64,000 nucleotides of DNA, from positions 21,279 through 85,278 of the IMG/VR virus record IMGVR_UViG_3300049171_000092; one strand, given 5' to 3'. The notes under the pieces were generated by a model. That model was given only the letters and a program-made list of their open reading frames with translations, was not told the DNA's origin and searched no databases. A program made the translations under genes and the position numbers. The stretch comes from a virus. This document shows, in pieces, positions 32,037 to 40,714 of the stretch. Positions within the stretch are counted from its first letter, which is position 1. Each line of letters starts with the position of its first letter.

Positions 32037-35000
32037 TCAGGCTCCTTCCTGCTGCGGTGCAGCACTGGCGGTCAGGGCGAGGTCGGTCGGTTCGACCAGC
32101 GCGGAGAGGGCTTCGAGTTCGGCGCGCATTCGGGCGCGTTCGGTCTGCCGCTGCTCGAACGCGTCGACGAACCGGTCGAGGAAGGCGGGGCTGGTCAACA
32201 GGTCGGCCGCGGCCTGCACAACGTCGGTGGCGGGAGCGGTGTCGGCTGCCCGCCTATGCGACGGCTCGGGCTCGACCTCCGGCTCGGCGGTGGTCTCGTG
32301 CTCGGCGTCCAGGGTCGCTGCGGCAGCCGTGAGCGCGAGGTTCGCCCGCTCGACCACGGCGGTCGCGGCCAAGTGCGCGGCAGCGGCCAGCCGGTATCCC
32401 GGCTTGAGCGGCGATGAATGCCCCGGCACTGGGACAGTGAGGACCGCGCGTAGTTCATACTGGCCGCTGCTGCTCTGCGTGAGGTGGTAGCTGGGTTGGC
32501 AGCTTCTGAATACCCGAAGATCCCACTCGCTGATCCAAGGGGCCGCCGCCCCTGAAAACCACAGGCCGCCCTTGTTCTGTCCGACCGTGACGATGGCCGC
32601 CACGGTGCCAGAATCGTCGAATTGGCAAGCTGCGGTCTCGCACTGCCACCCGTCGCGATGGTGGCCAACGTTCATCGTGAACGCGCCGACCGCGATCATC
32701 GTGCCGTCGTCGAGCTCGAACTCCGCGCGCAGGAAGTGCGAGAAGTCCAGCGGCCCTAGTTTGTCGATCATCACCTTGCGGCCGTAGACAGCGTGCGGCA
32801 CGCCCGCCTGTGCAACCCAGCCGTATACGCGGCCGTCCTTGTAGTGGACACCCCCGCTACCGGGCGGCAGTTCCTCCTCGGTCGGCTCACGGAACCACTC
32901 GGCAGGCATCGGCGGCTGCTCTTGCATCACCCGCCAGGCGGAGGCTTCCAGCTCGCTCATGTCGCCGTCGTCGTCGCTGGTGTCGTCGTCCCACGGTGGC
33001 CGGATGCTCGGGTCGTCGAATGCGGTGGCCAGGCTTTCGTACAGGTCGTCGACGTGTTCGCGGATCTGTTCCTGTTCGTTCTCGGGGATGTCGACGCCGC
33101 CGCGCGCACCGGACAGGGCACCGGCGACGGCGTACACGCCGCTCGCGACGATCTCCAGCCGCGGGCCGTCACCGGTGTCGAAGACGTCGGCGAAGCCCAG
33201 CTTGTAGGCGGTGAGGGTCGCCGGGTCGGCGTCCGGATCGCGGTAGAGGAAGGCCCGGCCGAGGGCGTCGGCGTCGACGGTGCCGTCGTCGCCGGTGGCC
33301 CAGTCGAGGACGCGGGAGGCTGCGGCGTCGCCGTCCCACTCGGCGTCACGCTTCGCGTGTACGGGCAGGCCGAGGTCGCCGGAGGCCGCCGCGATCATCT
33401 CCCCTTCAGGGATCGACGAGGGGGCGGTGTACAGGCCGCGGCCGATCCGCAGAACCCGGCCGTCGCGGACGGCAGTGCGCAGGTGCCGCTTGGTCGTCGA
33501 CACGGTCAGGCCGAGCGCGTCGGCGACCTCACGGGCGCCGACCGGTACCGGTGACGTGCAGACGTGCCCGATGACCCGCTCGAGGTCGTCGCCCGCCGCC
33601 GCGGCCACTTCCGTGACCGGCTCTTCCTCGTCGACCGGCTGCTCGGCAGTGGGGTCGAGGACGATGCGGGCCTTGTCGTAGGCCGGCATGGCGACCAGGG
33701 TGGCGCCCCTGACCCGGGCGCGGGTGATCCGCACGAGAAGGTCGCCCGAGTTCTCAGTGTGGACGACGGTCCCGGACTGAGGGTTGTCGGGGTCACCGGC
33801 TGCTGCGGTGAGCGCGCCGGGGAACAGGGCGCGGGCGGCGTCGGCGGGGATGCGTCCGCCGGGCCCGGAGATGACCGACGCTGTCCGGGTGCTGCTCTGC
33901 ATCGCGGCGCCGGACGCGGTCCACTCGGGGGTGCTGCTCGCGGTGATCATCCATCCGCCGTCGTGCAGGGGCAGGACGGATGCGCGGGCGTAGGAGGCGG
34001 CGGCGAGGACAAGGTCGTTGTCCTCGCCCTCGTTCTCTCCGCTGCTCGTGTTGTCGACCAGTTCGATGTCGACGTCGTCGAGGTCGACGGACACGCCGAG
34101 CGGGGCGCCCTGCCGCAGCAGCATCGCGGCCTCGGCGCCTGCGCGCTGCATCAGGTACAGGACGCCCGTGCCGGTGAGGCGCGGGCCGTCGATGTCCATC
34201 TCCTGGATGGCGCCGGCGAGTTCCGCGCCGTCGTGGCCGGCTCCCATCTCGTCGGCGTACTGCAGGGGCCACGGCCCGCCCTCCCAGTAGAGGGAGCCCT
34301 CGGCGAAGACTCGGCCGTCGCCGGTCTGCTGGCCGATGAACGCGAGGGCGGCGTCCCCGGGGGTGGACCAGGTGAGGATCGGTGGCGGGTCGTCCGCCGC
34401 GGCGGCTGTGGTGTGGGATTCACGCACGAGGTTTCCCTCTCCTGCTGGGCTGGTGGCGGCGCTCTGCTCGGTGTCGGCCCGCGCGAGGGCGAGGACGCAG
34501 CGGCAGTTGACGGTTAGGGCTGCTGAGGCGGTGGGGTCGCCGGGGTAGGCCATGTCGACGCCGCCCACTCGGAAGGGCTCGTCGAGGAGTTGCAGTTGGG
34601 CGTCGGCGTCGGCGTGGGTTTCGCGGACGCGCTGGTCGTGGCGGGTGATCCACTGTTTGACGAGGGGCCGGTCCGGGCCGGTGAGCGCCTGCGCGGCTGC
34701 CAGGGTCGCGGCGTTCCAGACGCGCGTGGACTCGGTGCGGGCGATGCGTTCCTCGCGGGTCTCCCCCAGCTGGGCGCCGTCGGCGGAGAACAGGGCACGC
34801 AGCCGGGTGCGCAGGGCCTCGGTGTCTTCGCCGGCGTCGAGGCCTTCGGCGAGCGCGGTGATGGCGGCTTCGGTGAGCCGGTCGCCGACGGCGCGCAGCA
34901 GGTGCTCGGTGGCCTCGGCGTAGTCGCCGAGAGACGGGGGGAGGGTGTCGTCGTCGTACCGGCCGGGCAGGTCGGTCCAGTCGTCGGGCAGTTCACCGTC

Positions 35001-35243
35001 TACATCGGCCGCGGCCTGCTGGCCTGCGGTTTGGGCGACGCGGAAGAGGCGCCGCATGATGCGCGGCACTCGCTGCGCCCACATGCTGGTGATGCGGCTG
35101 AGGGAGAACCGGGCGGCGACGATCTCCGTCGCGTCCTCCAGTTCCGCGGCGATCTCGTCGGCGAGTTCGTCGAGGACGACCCGGACTTCGTCGGTTACCT
35201 GCTGCTCGGCGGTCTGGAGGAGCTGCTCCAGGTCGTCATCCAC
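32037..35243 (-). CDS. MuF-like head morphogenesis / capsid maturation protease fusion polyprotein with an embedded wHTH and a scaffold-like C-terminus (1068 aa)
   Basis: MuF motif ..RTESTRVWNAA..WITRHDQRVRETHADADAQ..TVNCRC... Protease-like segments ..GATLVAMPAYDKARI.. and ..GAFTMNVGHHRDGW... wHTH REVADALGLTVSTTKRHLRTAVRDGRVLRIGRGLYT. GTG at 35243 with a GGAGG SD. Confidence 0.75.
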   Translation of the reverse strand: MDDDLEQLLQTAEQQVTDEVRVVLDELADEIAAELEDATEIVAARFSLSRITSMWAQRVPRIMRRLFRVAQTAGQQAAADVDGELPDDWTDLPGRYDDDTLPPSLGDYAEATEHLLRAVGDRLTEAAITALAEGLDAGEDTEALRTRLRALFSADGAQLGETREERIARTESTRVWNAATLAAAQALTGPDRPLVKQWITRHDQRVRETHADADAQLQLLDEPFRVGGVDMAYPGDPTASAALTVNCRCVLALARADTEQSAATSPAGEGNLVRESHTTAAAADDPPPILTWSTPGDAALAFIGQQTGDGRVFAEGSLYWEGGPWPLQYADEMGAGHDGAELAGAIQEMDIDGPRLTGTGVLYLMQRAGAEAAMLLRQGAPLGVSVDLDDVDIELVDNTSSGENEGEDNDLVLAAASYARASVLPLHDGGWMITASSTPEWTASGAAMQSSTRTASVISGPGGRIPADAARALFPGALTAAAGDPDNPQSGTVVHTENSGDLLVRITRARVRGATLVAMPAYDKARIVLDPTAEQPVDEEEPVTEVAAAAGDDLERVIGHVCTSPVPVGAREVADALGLTVSTTKRHLRTAVRDGRVLRIGRGLYTAPSSIPEGEMIAAASGDLGLPVHAKRDAEWDGDAAASRVLDWATGDDGTVDADALGRAFLYRDPDADPATLTAYKLGFADVFDTGDGPRLEIVASGVYAVAGALSGARGGVDIPENEQEQIREHVDDLYESLATAFDDPSIRPPWDDDTSDDDGDMSELEASAWRVMQEQPPMPAEWFREPTEEELPPGSGGVHYKDGRVYGWVAQAGVPHAVYGRKVMIDKLGPLDFSHFLRAEFELDDGTMIAVGAFTMNVGHHRDGWQCETAACQFDDSGTVAAIVTVGQNKGGLWFSGAAAPWISEWDLRVFRSCQPSYHLTQSSSGQYELRAVLTVPVPGHSSPLKPGYRLAAAAHLAATAVVERANLALTAAAATLDAEHETTAEPEVEPEPSHRRAADTAPATDVVQAAADLLTSPAFLDRFVDAFEQRQTERARMRAELEALSALVEPTDLALTASAAPQQEGA

Positions 35244-35436
35244 GGCGGGCCTCCGGGTCGTCGGGGTCGTCGCAGATGATGCAGCCGGTGACGGTGCCGA
35301 CGACCGTGACACCGTCCGTCCCGATGGTCACCAGGTCGGCGGTGAAGGCGGTGTACGCCTTGCAGACGGCGCACCACAGGTCGCCGTGGACGTTGGCTAC
35401 GTCCAGGCGGAGTGTCGCGGTCTGTCGCCTGTTCAT
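35236..35436 (-). CDS. 66-aa Cys-containing protein (MNRRQTATLRLDV..)
   Basis: ATGA overlap with the portal stop codon; overlaps the MuF gene start. Confidence 0.5.
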   Translation of the reverse strand: MNRRQTATLRLDVANVHGDLWCAVCKAYTAFTADLVTIGTDGVTVVGTVTGCIICDDPDDPEARRG

Positions 35437-37145
35437 GCCGCGTTCGCCTGGCAGGGGTGTCGCATGATGCGGGCGGTGTCCTCGAAGCTGTGGGGCATGC
35501 GGGCGGCGATCAGGGCGCGGGCGTAGTCGTCGAGCTGCCGTGTCAGACAGTCCGGGTCGAGCCCATAGCGCTTCGCAATCTCCGGGACCCGCGTCCACGC
35601 CCCGTCGAACAGACGCCACTCGTCGACAAGCTCGGGGTCGACGGGGTAGGCGGTGTGGAGTTCGGCGGGCGCGATCTCGCGGGCGCGGGCACGCTCCGGG
35701 CGCGGGCACACCGGCCGGTTCCGCAGGCGCGTGCCGGCGGCGTAGAGGGCGTTGTAGATGATGCCGTCGACGGCGGCGAGAACCTCGGCCGGAAGGTTCA
35801 GCGAGGTGGGGGCCGCGGCGGCGGGCAGGGTGTCGGGCAGGTCCTGGGTTTCGCTCACGGGCAGAGTGGTCACGGTGTTGTCGCCTTCGTTGTCGGTCGC
35901 CTCGTCGTCGGCGTCGCTGGCTGGTGCGGTGGGGGCGTCGGACTCGTCGAAACCGGTCTCGCGGCGGGCCGCGGCAGCCGAGATCAGACCGGCCTGGAAC
36001 GCCTCAAGGGCGGTGGCGGCGCGGTTGGCCTGGACACGGAGCTGACTGGTGTCGTGCCAGACGAGCCACTCGGCGGCGTCGGTGGCGCCTTGGGCCTCAA
36101 GGAGGGGGCGCAGCCACTGAGTGGTGAGCGCATTCGAGACGAGGGTGAGGCGCGGCTCGACGCCGAGACGGACGCCCTCGGCGGACGCGAGCCAGGCGCC
36201 CCAATGGTTGAGGCCGCCCATACCAAGAAGCACTTCGGGCGGGGTCTCCAGGCCCGTGGCGAAGCGGCGGATGCACTCGTCCCGCAGCTTGATGGCGATC
36301 TCGTCGAAGTCGCTCTCGAACTTCAGGTGCTGGATCTGCCCGATCATCTCCCCGGGGACTTGCAGGATGATCGGCACCGTGCCCGCTGCGGACTCGGGTT
36401 CGCGGTAGGCCGTGGAGGCGACTTCCATGAACACGTCGACGAGGTCGTCTTGCGCTTCTTGGCCGGGCGCGGTGGGGAAGGTGACGCCGGTCGGGAAGAG
36501 GAGGACGCCGCGGCCGACGAGCCGGGAGCGGGCAGCGGCAGCTACGGCGGCGTTGAGGAGGCGGAGTTCCTCGAGGACGACCAGCGACGATCGCACGGGG
36601 CTGTCGGCTTCGATGTGCCGGCGGGGGTGGGGGTCCCATACGCGGATCGCGACTGGAGTGTCGGGGTCGGCTGTCGCGTCGGGGTCGTAGGGCGGGATCT
36701 CGACTTCGTCTCCGTCGATCTCCGCGGTCATGGTGCCCTGCTGCTGCTTGACCTCGGCGACGGACAGCACCCGCCAGTCCGCGTCGCCGGTCTCGGTCGG
36801 GCGGATGATGATCCATGCTTCGCCCGCGACGACGAGGTGCGGGCCGAACTCGGCGAGGAACTGGGACTGCCCTCCGGGGCCGCCCGCGATCTGGGAGACG
36901 ATCTCTGCGGCCGGGTGCCCGTCGGGGGCTTTCTCGATGGTGCCGTCTTCGAGGCGCCGGCCGGCGTAGAGGCGGGCGCCTCCCATGGCGTTGCCGATCC
37001 AGGTGGCGGCGAATCGGACTTCGGGGATGACGCTGAAGAGGTCCCAGGCTTCGTCCTGCCAGCCGCCGCCGTTGTTGGTCGTCTTCTGTCTGCCGAGTTT
37101 GCGGGTGGTGAACCGTGAGGCGGCGGCGGTGAGTTGGCGGATCAC
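35433..37145 (-). CDS. portal protein (570 aa)
   Basis: Size and position after the large terminase gene. GTG at 37145 abuts the upstream stop. The track ORF extends to 37253 but overlaps the membrane-protein gene. Confidence 0.8.
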   Translation of the reverse strand: MIRQLTAAASRFTTRKLGRQKTTNNGGGWQDEAWDLFSVIPEVRFAATWIGNAMGGARLYAGRRLEDGTIEKAPDGHPAAEIVSQIAGGPGGQSQFLAEFGPHLVVAGEAWIIIRPTETGDADWRVLSVAEVKQQQGTMTAEIDGDEVEIPPYDPDATADPDTPVAIRVWDPHPRRHIEADSPVRSSLVVLEELRLLNAAVAAAARSRLVGRGVLLFPTGVTFPTAPGQEAQDDLVDVFMEVASTAYREPESAAGTVPIILQVPGEMIGQIQHLKFESDFDEIAIKLRDECIRRFATGLETPPEVLLGMGGLNHWGAWLASAEGVRLGVEPRLTLVSNALTTQWLRPLLEAQGATDAAEWLVWHDTSQLRVQANRAATALEAFQAGLISAAAARRETGFDESDAPTAPASDADDEATDNEGDNTVTTLPVSETQDLPDTLPAAAAPTSLNLPAEVLAAVDGIIYNALYAAGTRLRNRPVCPRPERARAREIAPAELHTAYPVDPELVDEWRLFDGAWTRVPEIAKRYGLDPDCLTRQLDDYARALIAARMPHSFEDTARIMRHPCQANAA

Positions 37146-37465
37146 TACGCGGTCCAGGTGTCGTCGCGTCGGTTGAGTAGCGCCTGGATGCCGGAGATCG
37201 CGAACCAGAGGAGACCGAACTGGACGAGCAGGTTGTCGCGCCAGAACCACCACGCGGTGAGGACGGCGCCGGACAGCCAGAAGCCGAGGCAGTAGATGCA
37301 GGAGATCAGCTGCATGAGGAACTTACGGGGTCGGCTGTCGAGTTTGTTGGCGTGCCAGGTGGCGAGGCGTTCGCGTGCGGGGTCGAGGATCGTGTCGTGG
37401 ACGCCGAGTTGGGTGGCGCGGTAGGCCGCGGCGCCGAGGAGCGCGAGTTCCGGGAGTGATATCAA
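37145..37465 (-). CDS. small membrane protein resembling the DUF1360 family
   Basis: ..LISCIYCLGFWLSGAVL.. (the C-x2-C-x-x-F-W signature of that family) plus 3 hydrophobic helices. Confidence 0.55.
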   Translation of the reverse strand: MISLPELALLGAAAYRATQLGVHDTILDPARERLATWHANKLDSRPRKFLMQLISCIYCLGFWLSGAVLTAWWFWRDNLLVQFGLLWFAISGIQALLNRRDDTWTA

Positions 37466-37583
37466 GGCCGCCCCCTGCTGAAGATCCTGCGGTATCGGCG
37501 ACCACTATAAGCCTATGGCCGGAAAATCTTCCGTTGGAGACTCTTCGGGCCGGAGTATCTACAGATCGAGGGTGGAGGGACGG

Positions 37584-38960
37584 TTACTTCCCGAAGATGG
37601 GCCGCGCGTACCGGGACCCGCCCGCCGTCTGCCGGGACGGGCCTCGCCGCGTAGGCGACTGCACCTGGGCCGCCCCCACCAGATCCACCGCGGCGACCAT
37701 GTACCGCATCGCGTCCATGCCGTGGTCGTCCTGCTTCAGCGGCTGCTCCTTCAGCCCTCCAGCCGCGCCCGGCTTGACCGCCCACACATAGCTGTTGATC
37801 TCCTCGGCGGTGGACGTCGGCTTGCCCGCGTCGGCGAGGTCCTGGTCCCGGTCGACCACGGAGTCCCGCAGGATGAACAGGCGCGGCTTGCCGTCGCCGG
37901 CCGGGCGGATCCGGGTCTGCACGGCTTGAATGCCTGGGGAGACCGTCTTCTTTGCGGCAGTCGTAACGAGGCCGGAGTGCCTTTCGAAGGTGGCCCGGTC
38001 TTCGGCGTCGTGGTCGCAGACCACCGCGGCTGGGTGCGGTTCGCCGGTCTCGCCGATGATCCGCTTTGCCTGCTTGGCGTGATCCTCGGCGAGCACCCGT
38101 GTCCTGTAGATCTCCCGGTACAGGTACAGGCGCCCGTCCCCGTCCTGTGCCCACCACTGGATCACCATGGGGTTCGTGAAGCCGAAGTCGATCGACATGT
38201 ACCGCTGCCAGGCATCTGGGACGTCGAACCGGTCGACCACGTGGACGGCGTCCTGCCACTCGTCGTAGATGATCCCCTCGGCGCTGACCCACTTGCCCCA
38301 CCGCAGACGCTGGTAGCGCGGCCCGGTGAGGCTGTCCAGGCGCGCCAGGTAGGCCTTGCCGTAGTCGGTCCATTCGCCGTTTTGGTAGAGGCGGGGGTTG
38401 TCTTCGTGGCGGCTGTAGAGGATGCGGCACCGGCCGGCGTCCGCCCGCAGTTTCAGGTGGTGGGAGGGTGGGCCGGGGTTGGTGCACATGATCAGCCGCT
38501 GGAGTGGGAGCACTCCGTTGCGGAGGCGGGACACGATCGTGTCGAGGTCTTCGGCTGTCACTTCGATCGCTTCGTCGACCAGGACGAGGTCGAATTCGGT
38601 GGACAGCAGCTTGGTGGGTCGGTCGAGGCCGCCGACGACGATGACGCTGCCGTTGGCGTACCGGTAGCTGGCGGGCTCCTGCGCCGACCCACCGAAGAAG
38701 TGCAGCAGGCCCGCAGCGATGGCTTCCTTCGCGACTTTCTCCCGGAAGCTGACCAGGGTCGACGACGTGAGTGAAGCATGGGTTTTACGGACGATCAGCG
38801 CGCGGGTGTGCGGGTTGTCGAGGCACTGGAGGTGCACGTACATGAGCGCGCCCACGCTCTTGCCCGTGCCTGCCGCACCGGAGAGGAGGATTTCGGTGTC
38901 CGTGGACCGGAAGAGTTCGCGGACGGCGCCGCGGGCTTCGAACGTGACGGTGTCAGGCAT
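37584..38960 (-). CDS. terminase large subunit
   Basis: Walker A GAAGTGKS, Walker B LVLVDEA, nuclease motifs ..SIDFGFTNP.. and ..DHGMDAMRY.. Confidence 0.92.
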   Translation of the reverse strand: MPDTVTFEARGAVRELFRSTDTEILLSGAAGTGKSVGALMYVHLQCLDNPHTRALIVRKTHASLTSSTLVSFREKVAKEAIAAGLLHFFGGSAQEPASYRYANGSVIVVGGLDRPTKLLSTEFDLVLVDEAIEVTAEDLDTIVSRLRNGVLPLQRLIMCTNPGPPSHHLKLRADAGRCRILYSRHEDNPRLYQNGEWTDYGKAYLARLDSLTGPRYQRLRWGKWVSAEGIIYDEWQDAVHVVDRFDVPDAWQRYMSIDFGFTNPMVIQWWAQDGDGRLYLYREIYRTRVLAEDHAKQAKRIIGETGEPHPAAVVCDHDAEDRATFERHSGLVTTAAKKTVSPGIQAVQTRIRPAGDGKPRLFILRDSVVDRDQDLADAGKPTSTAEEINSYVWAVKPGAAGGLKEQPLKQDDHGMDAMRYMVAAVDLVGAAQVQSPTRRGPSRQTAGGSRYARPIFGK

Positions 38961-39447
38961 CGGGTGCGTCGTTTGCGAGGCCGATGATTTCGTATCGGAC
39001 GCCGCCGGCTACGTCGATTTTCTGGCGTGCGTCGAGGCCGAAGAGGCGCCGGTAGCTTTCGCGGACCTTGACGAGCCGGTCGATCGCGGCGAGCTTCGGC
39101 CCGTCGTCCGGGAGCGGGTTGCCGTCGTCGTCTGTGACGATCCGGCCGTGGGACACCATGACGTGGTCGCGGTGGAGGACGTCCAGGGCTTCCTCGTAGA
39201 GGCTGTCGAGGCGTGCGGCTTCCTGCCGGATCAGGGCTTCGGCGGGGCCTTGGACGATTTCGCGGAGGGCGCGTTGGATGGCTTGGCGGGCGTTGGATTT
39301 GTCGGTGTAGCCGAGTTCGTCGGCGATCTGCTGGAGTGTCCAGCCTTCGGCGCGGAGTTGGGCGGCGCGGGCGTCACGTTCCGCGGTTTCGGGGGTGCGT
39401 ATGTAGCGACCTTTGCCGTCTCGGGCGTTGTCGGGCGGTGAACTCAC
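38953..39447 (-). CDS. terminase small subunit
   Basis: HTH ..GWTLQQIADELGYTDKSNARQAIQRAL.. followed by an oligomerisation-type helical region; overlaps the large terminase start. Confidence 0.8.
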   Translation of the reverse strand: MSSPPDNARDGKGRYIRTPETAERDARAAQLRAEGWTLQQIADELGYTDKSNARQAIQRALREIVQGPAEALIRQEAARLDSLYEEALDVLHRDHVMVSHGRIVTDDDGNPLPDDGPKLAAIDRLVKVRESYRRLFGLDARQKIDVAGGVRYEIIGLANDAPDA

Positions 39448-39530
39448 GGGTGCCGCCTCCGCTCACGGGGTTACTGACTGATCACATCAGATGGTAACGA
39501 TCCGCGGCGTGGCTGGTGGGCGGGCATGTG
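39448..39530. other. candidate packaging (cos/pac) or late-promoter region upstream of the small terminase gene
   Basis: Locally low GC. Imperfect palindrome GTTACTGACTGAT C ATCAGATGGTAAC. Lies between a hairpin and the small terminase gene. Confidence 0.3.
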
Positions 39531-39562
39531 TGTGGGCCCGCACCAGACGGCGCGGGCCCACA
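39531..39562 (-). terminator. hairpin separating the early genes from the late operon
   Basis: GTGGGCCCGC ... GCGGGCCCAC, a 10-11 bp perfect stem; no clear U-tract. Confidence 0.5.
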
Positions 39563-39582
39563 GGGGGTGGTCAGGCTGCTTC

Positions 39583-39732
39583 TCATTTCTCAGTAGCGCA
39601 GTCGGGGGTCTGCGGCGGCTTGATGCAGGGGTGGGGTTCGGTGGCCTCGTACACGCCGGGCCGAACCTGGACGGCGGGGGCAAGGTGGCAGTGGCAGGGG
39701 ATCACGGTGCGGCAGTCTCGGCAGAGGGCCAT
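39583..39732 (-). CDS. 49-aa Cys-rich protein (MALCRDCRTVIPCHCH..CATEK)
   Basis: ORF below the track cut-off; the ATG follows a junction cassette copy; high GC3. Confidence 0.45.
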   Translation of the reverse strand: MALCRDCRTVIPCHCHLAPAVQVRPGVYEATEPHPCIKPPQTPDCATEK

Positions 39733-39739
39733 GACGTGC

Positions 39740-40012
39740 TCACTTCTCGGTGGCGCGGCCGGCGTCGATGTCCCGCTCGGTCTCGTACAGTTCGACGGCT
39801 TCCCGTGTCGCGGTCAGGCGCACTGCGCTGTCGGCGATCTGCCGGACTTGCTCGACGATCTGGCGCAGGCCGGGCGCGTCGACGCGCCCAGCTGATACGT
39901 CCTGTGCGAAGCGGGTGAGGGCGTCGCCGGTGTCCTGTGCTTGGAGGGCGAGGCGGGCCTGCTCGTCGCTCATCCTCTTGGTGAGCATGCGGTACGCCAT
40001 GGACTCGGTCAT
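39740..40012 (-). CDS. hypothetical 90-aa protein ending ..GRATEK
   Basis: Internal ATG of track ORF 39740..40135; ATGA overlap with the upstream stop. Confidence 0.55.
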   Translation of the reverse strand: MTESMAYRMLTKRMSDEQARLALQAQDTGDALTRFAQDVSAGRVDAPGLRQIVEQVRQIADSAVRLTATREAVELYETERDIDAGRATEK

Positions 40013-40311
40013 CGGTTCTCCTTCGCAGTGGCCCATCGTTGCCATGCGGCAAGTCCGCGGGCGGCGGCCTGCTCGATGGTGGTCTCGCGCCGGCTGCTGC
40101 CGGATGGGCCGAGAGCGGCGAGCCACCACGTCCACCCGTTGCGGCCCGTGCGGGAGGTGCCGCTGTAGGACGGGGCGATCACGACGAGCACCTCCCCGTC
40201 GCCGGTGACGACGTGCCAGTGCCGGGTGTCCCGCCAGTCCGGAGCCTTCACCAGGTCGGCGGCTTCGATCACCTCGCGGGCCCGGCGGGCAGACATCGGG
40301 CGGCGGGTCAC
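40009..40311 (-). CDS. hypothetical 100-aa protein
   Basis: Track ORF; 4-nt overlaps on both sides. Confidence 0.55.
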   Translation of the reverse strand: MTRRPMSARRAREVIEAADLVKAPDWRDTRHWHVVTGDGEVLVVIAPSYSGTSRTGRNGWTWWLAALGPSGSSRRETTIEQAAARGLAAWQRWATAKENR

Positions 40312-40577
40312 GGCGCGGGGAACTCGTCGTTGGCCTTGGCGTTGGCGAGGGCCATGATCCCGGTGAGGATGTGGCCGACCATGGGTGGCGTGTCGTCTCG
40401 GTTGATGTAGTCGACGAGGCTGGTCTCCAGCAGTTGCAGGCGGCGCAGTTCCCGCTGCTGGTCGATGCTCCCGGCGGCCCGGGCTTCGTTCTCGACGCGG
40501 TCGAGGAGTCCGTCGAGGTAGTCGCCTCCGAGGTGGGCGTCGTCGGCGTAGTTGTACAGCTCGTCGCGGGCGTTCAT
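40308..40577 (-). CDS. hypothetical 89-aa protein
   Basis: Internal ATG (MNARDELYNY..) of track ORF 40308..40643. Confidence 0.5.
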   Translation of the reverse strand: MNARDELYNYADDAHLGGDYLDGLLDRVENEARAAGSIDQQRELRRLQLLETSLVDYINRDDTPPMVGHILTGIMALANAKANDEFPAP

Positions 40578-40714
40578 GAGTCCTCGTCTCTCGTCCAGTA
40601 GAGGCGGTCGTAGCGGGCGGCTTCGGCGGGAGTTTCCTCCCACCAGCCGGGTGCGGGGCCGGGCTCGATGAGCGGCGCTTCGTCCGTGGCCGGGGCCGGG
40701 ATCGGGGTTACCAC
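40574..40714 (-). CDS. 46-aa protein (..GWWEETPAEAARYDRLYWTRDEDS)
   Basis: GTG start overlapping the upstream stop; intact paralog of the disrupted ORF at 41352..41468. Confidence 0.4.
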   Translation of the reverse strand: MVTPIPAPATDEAPLIEPGPAPGWWEETPAEAARYDRLYWTRDEDS

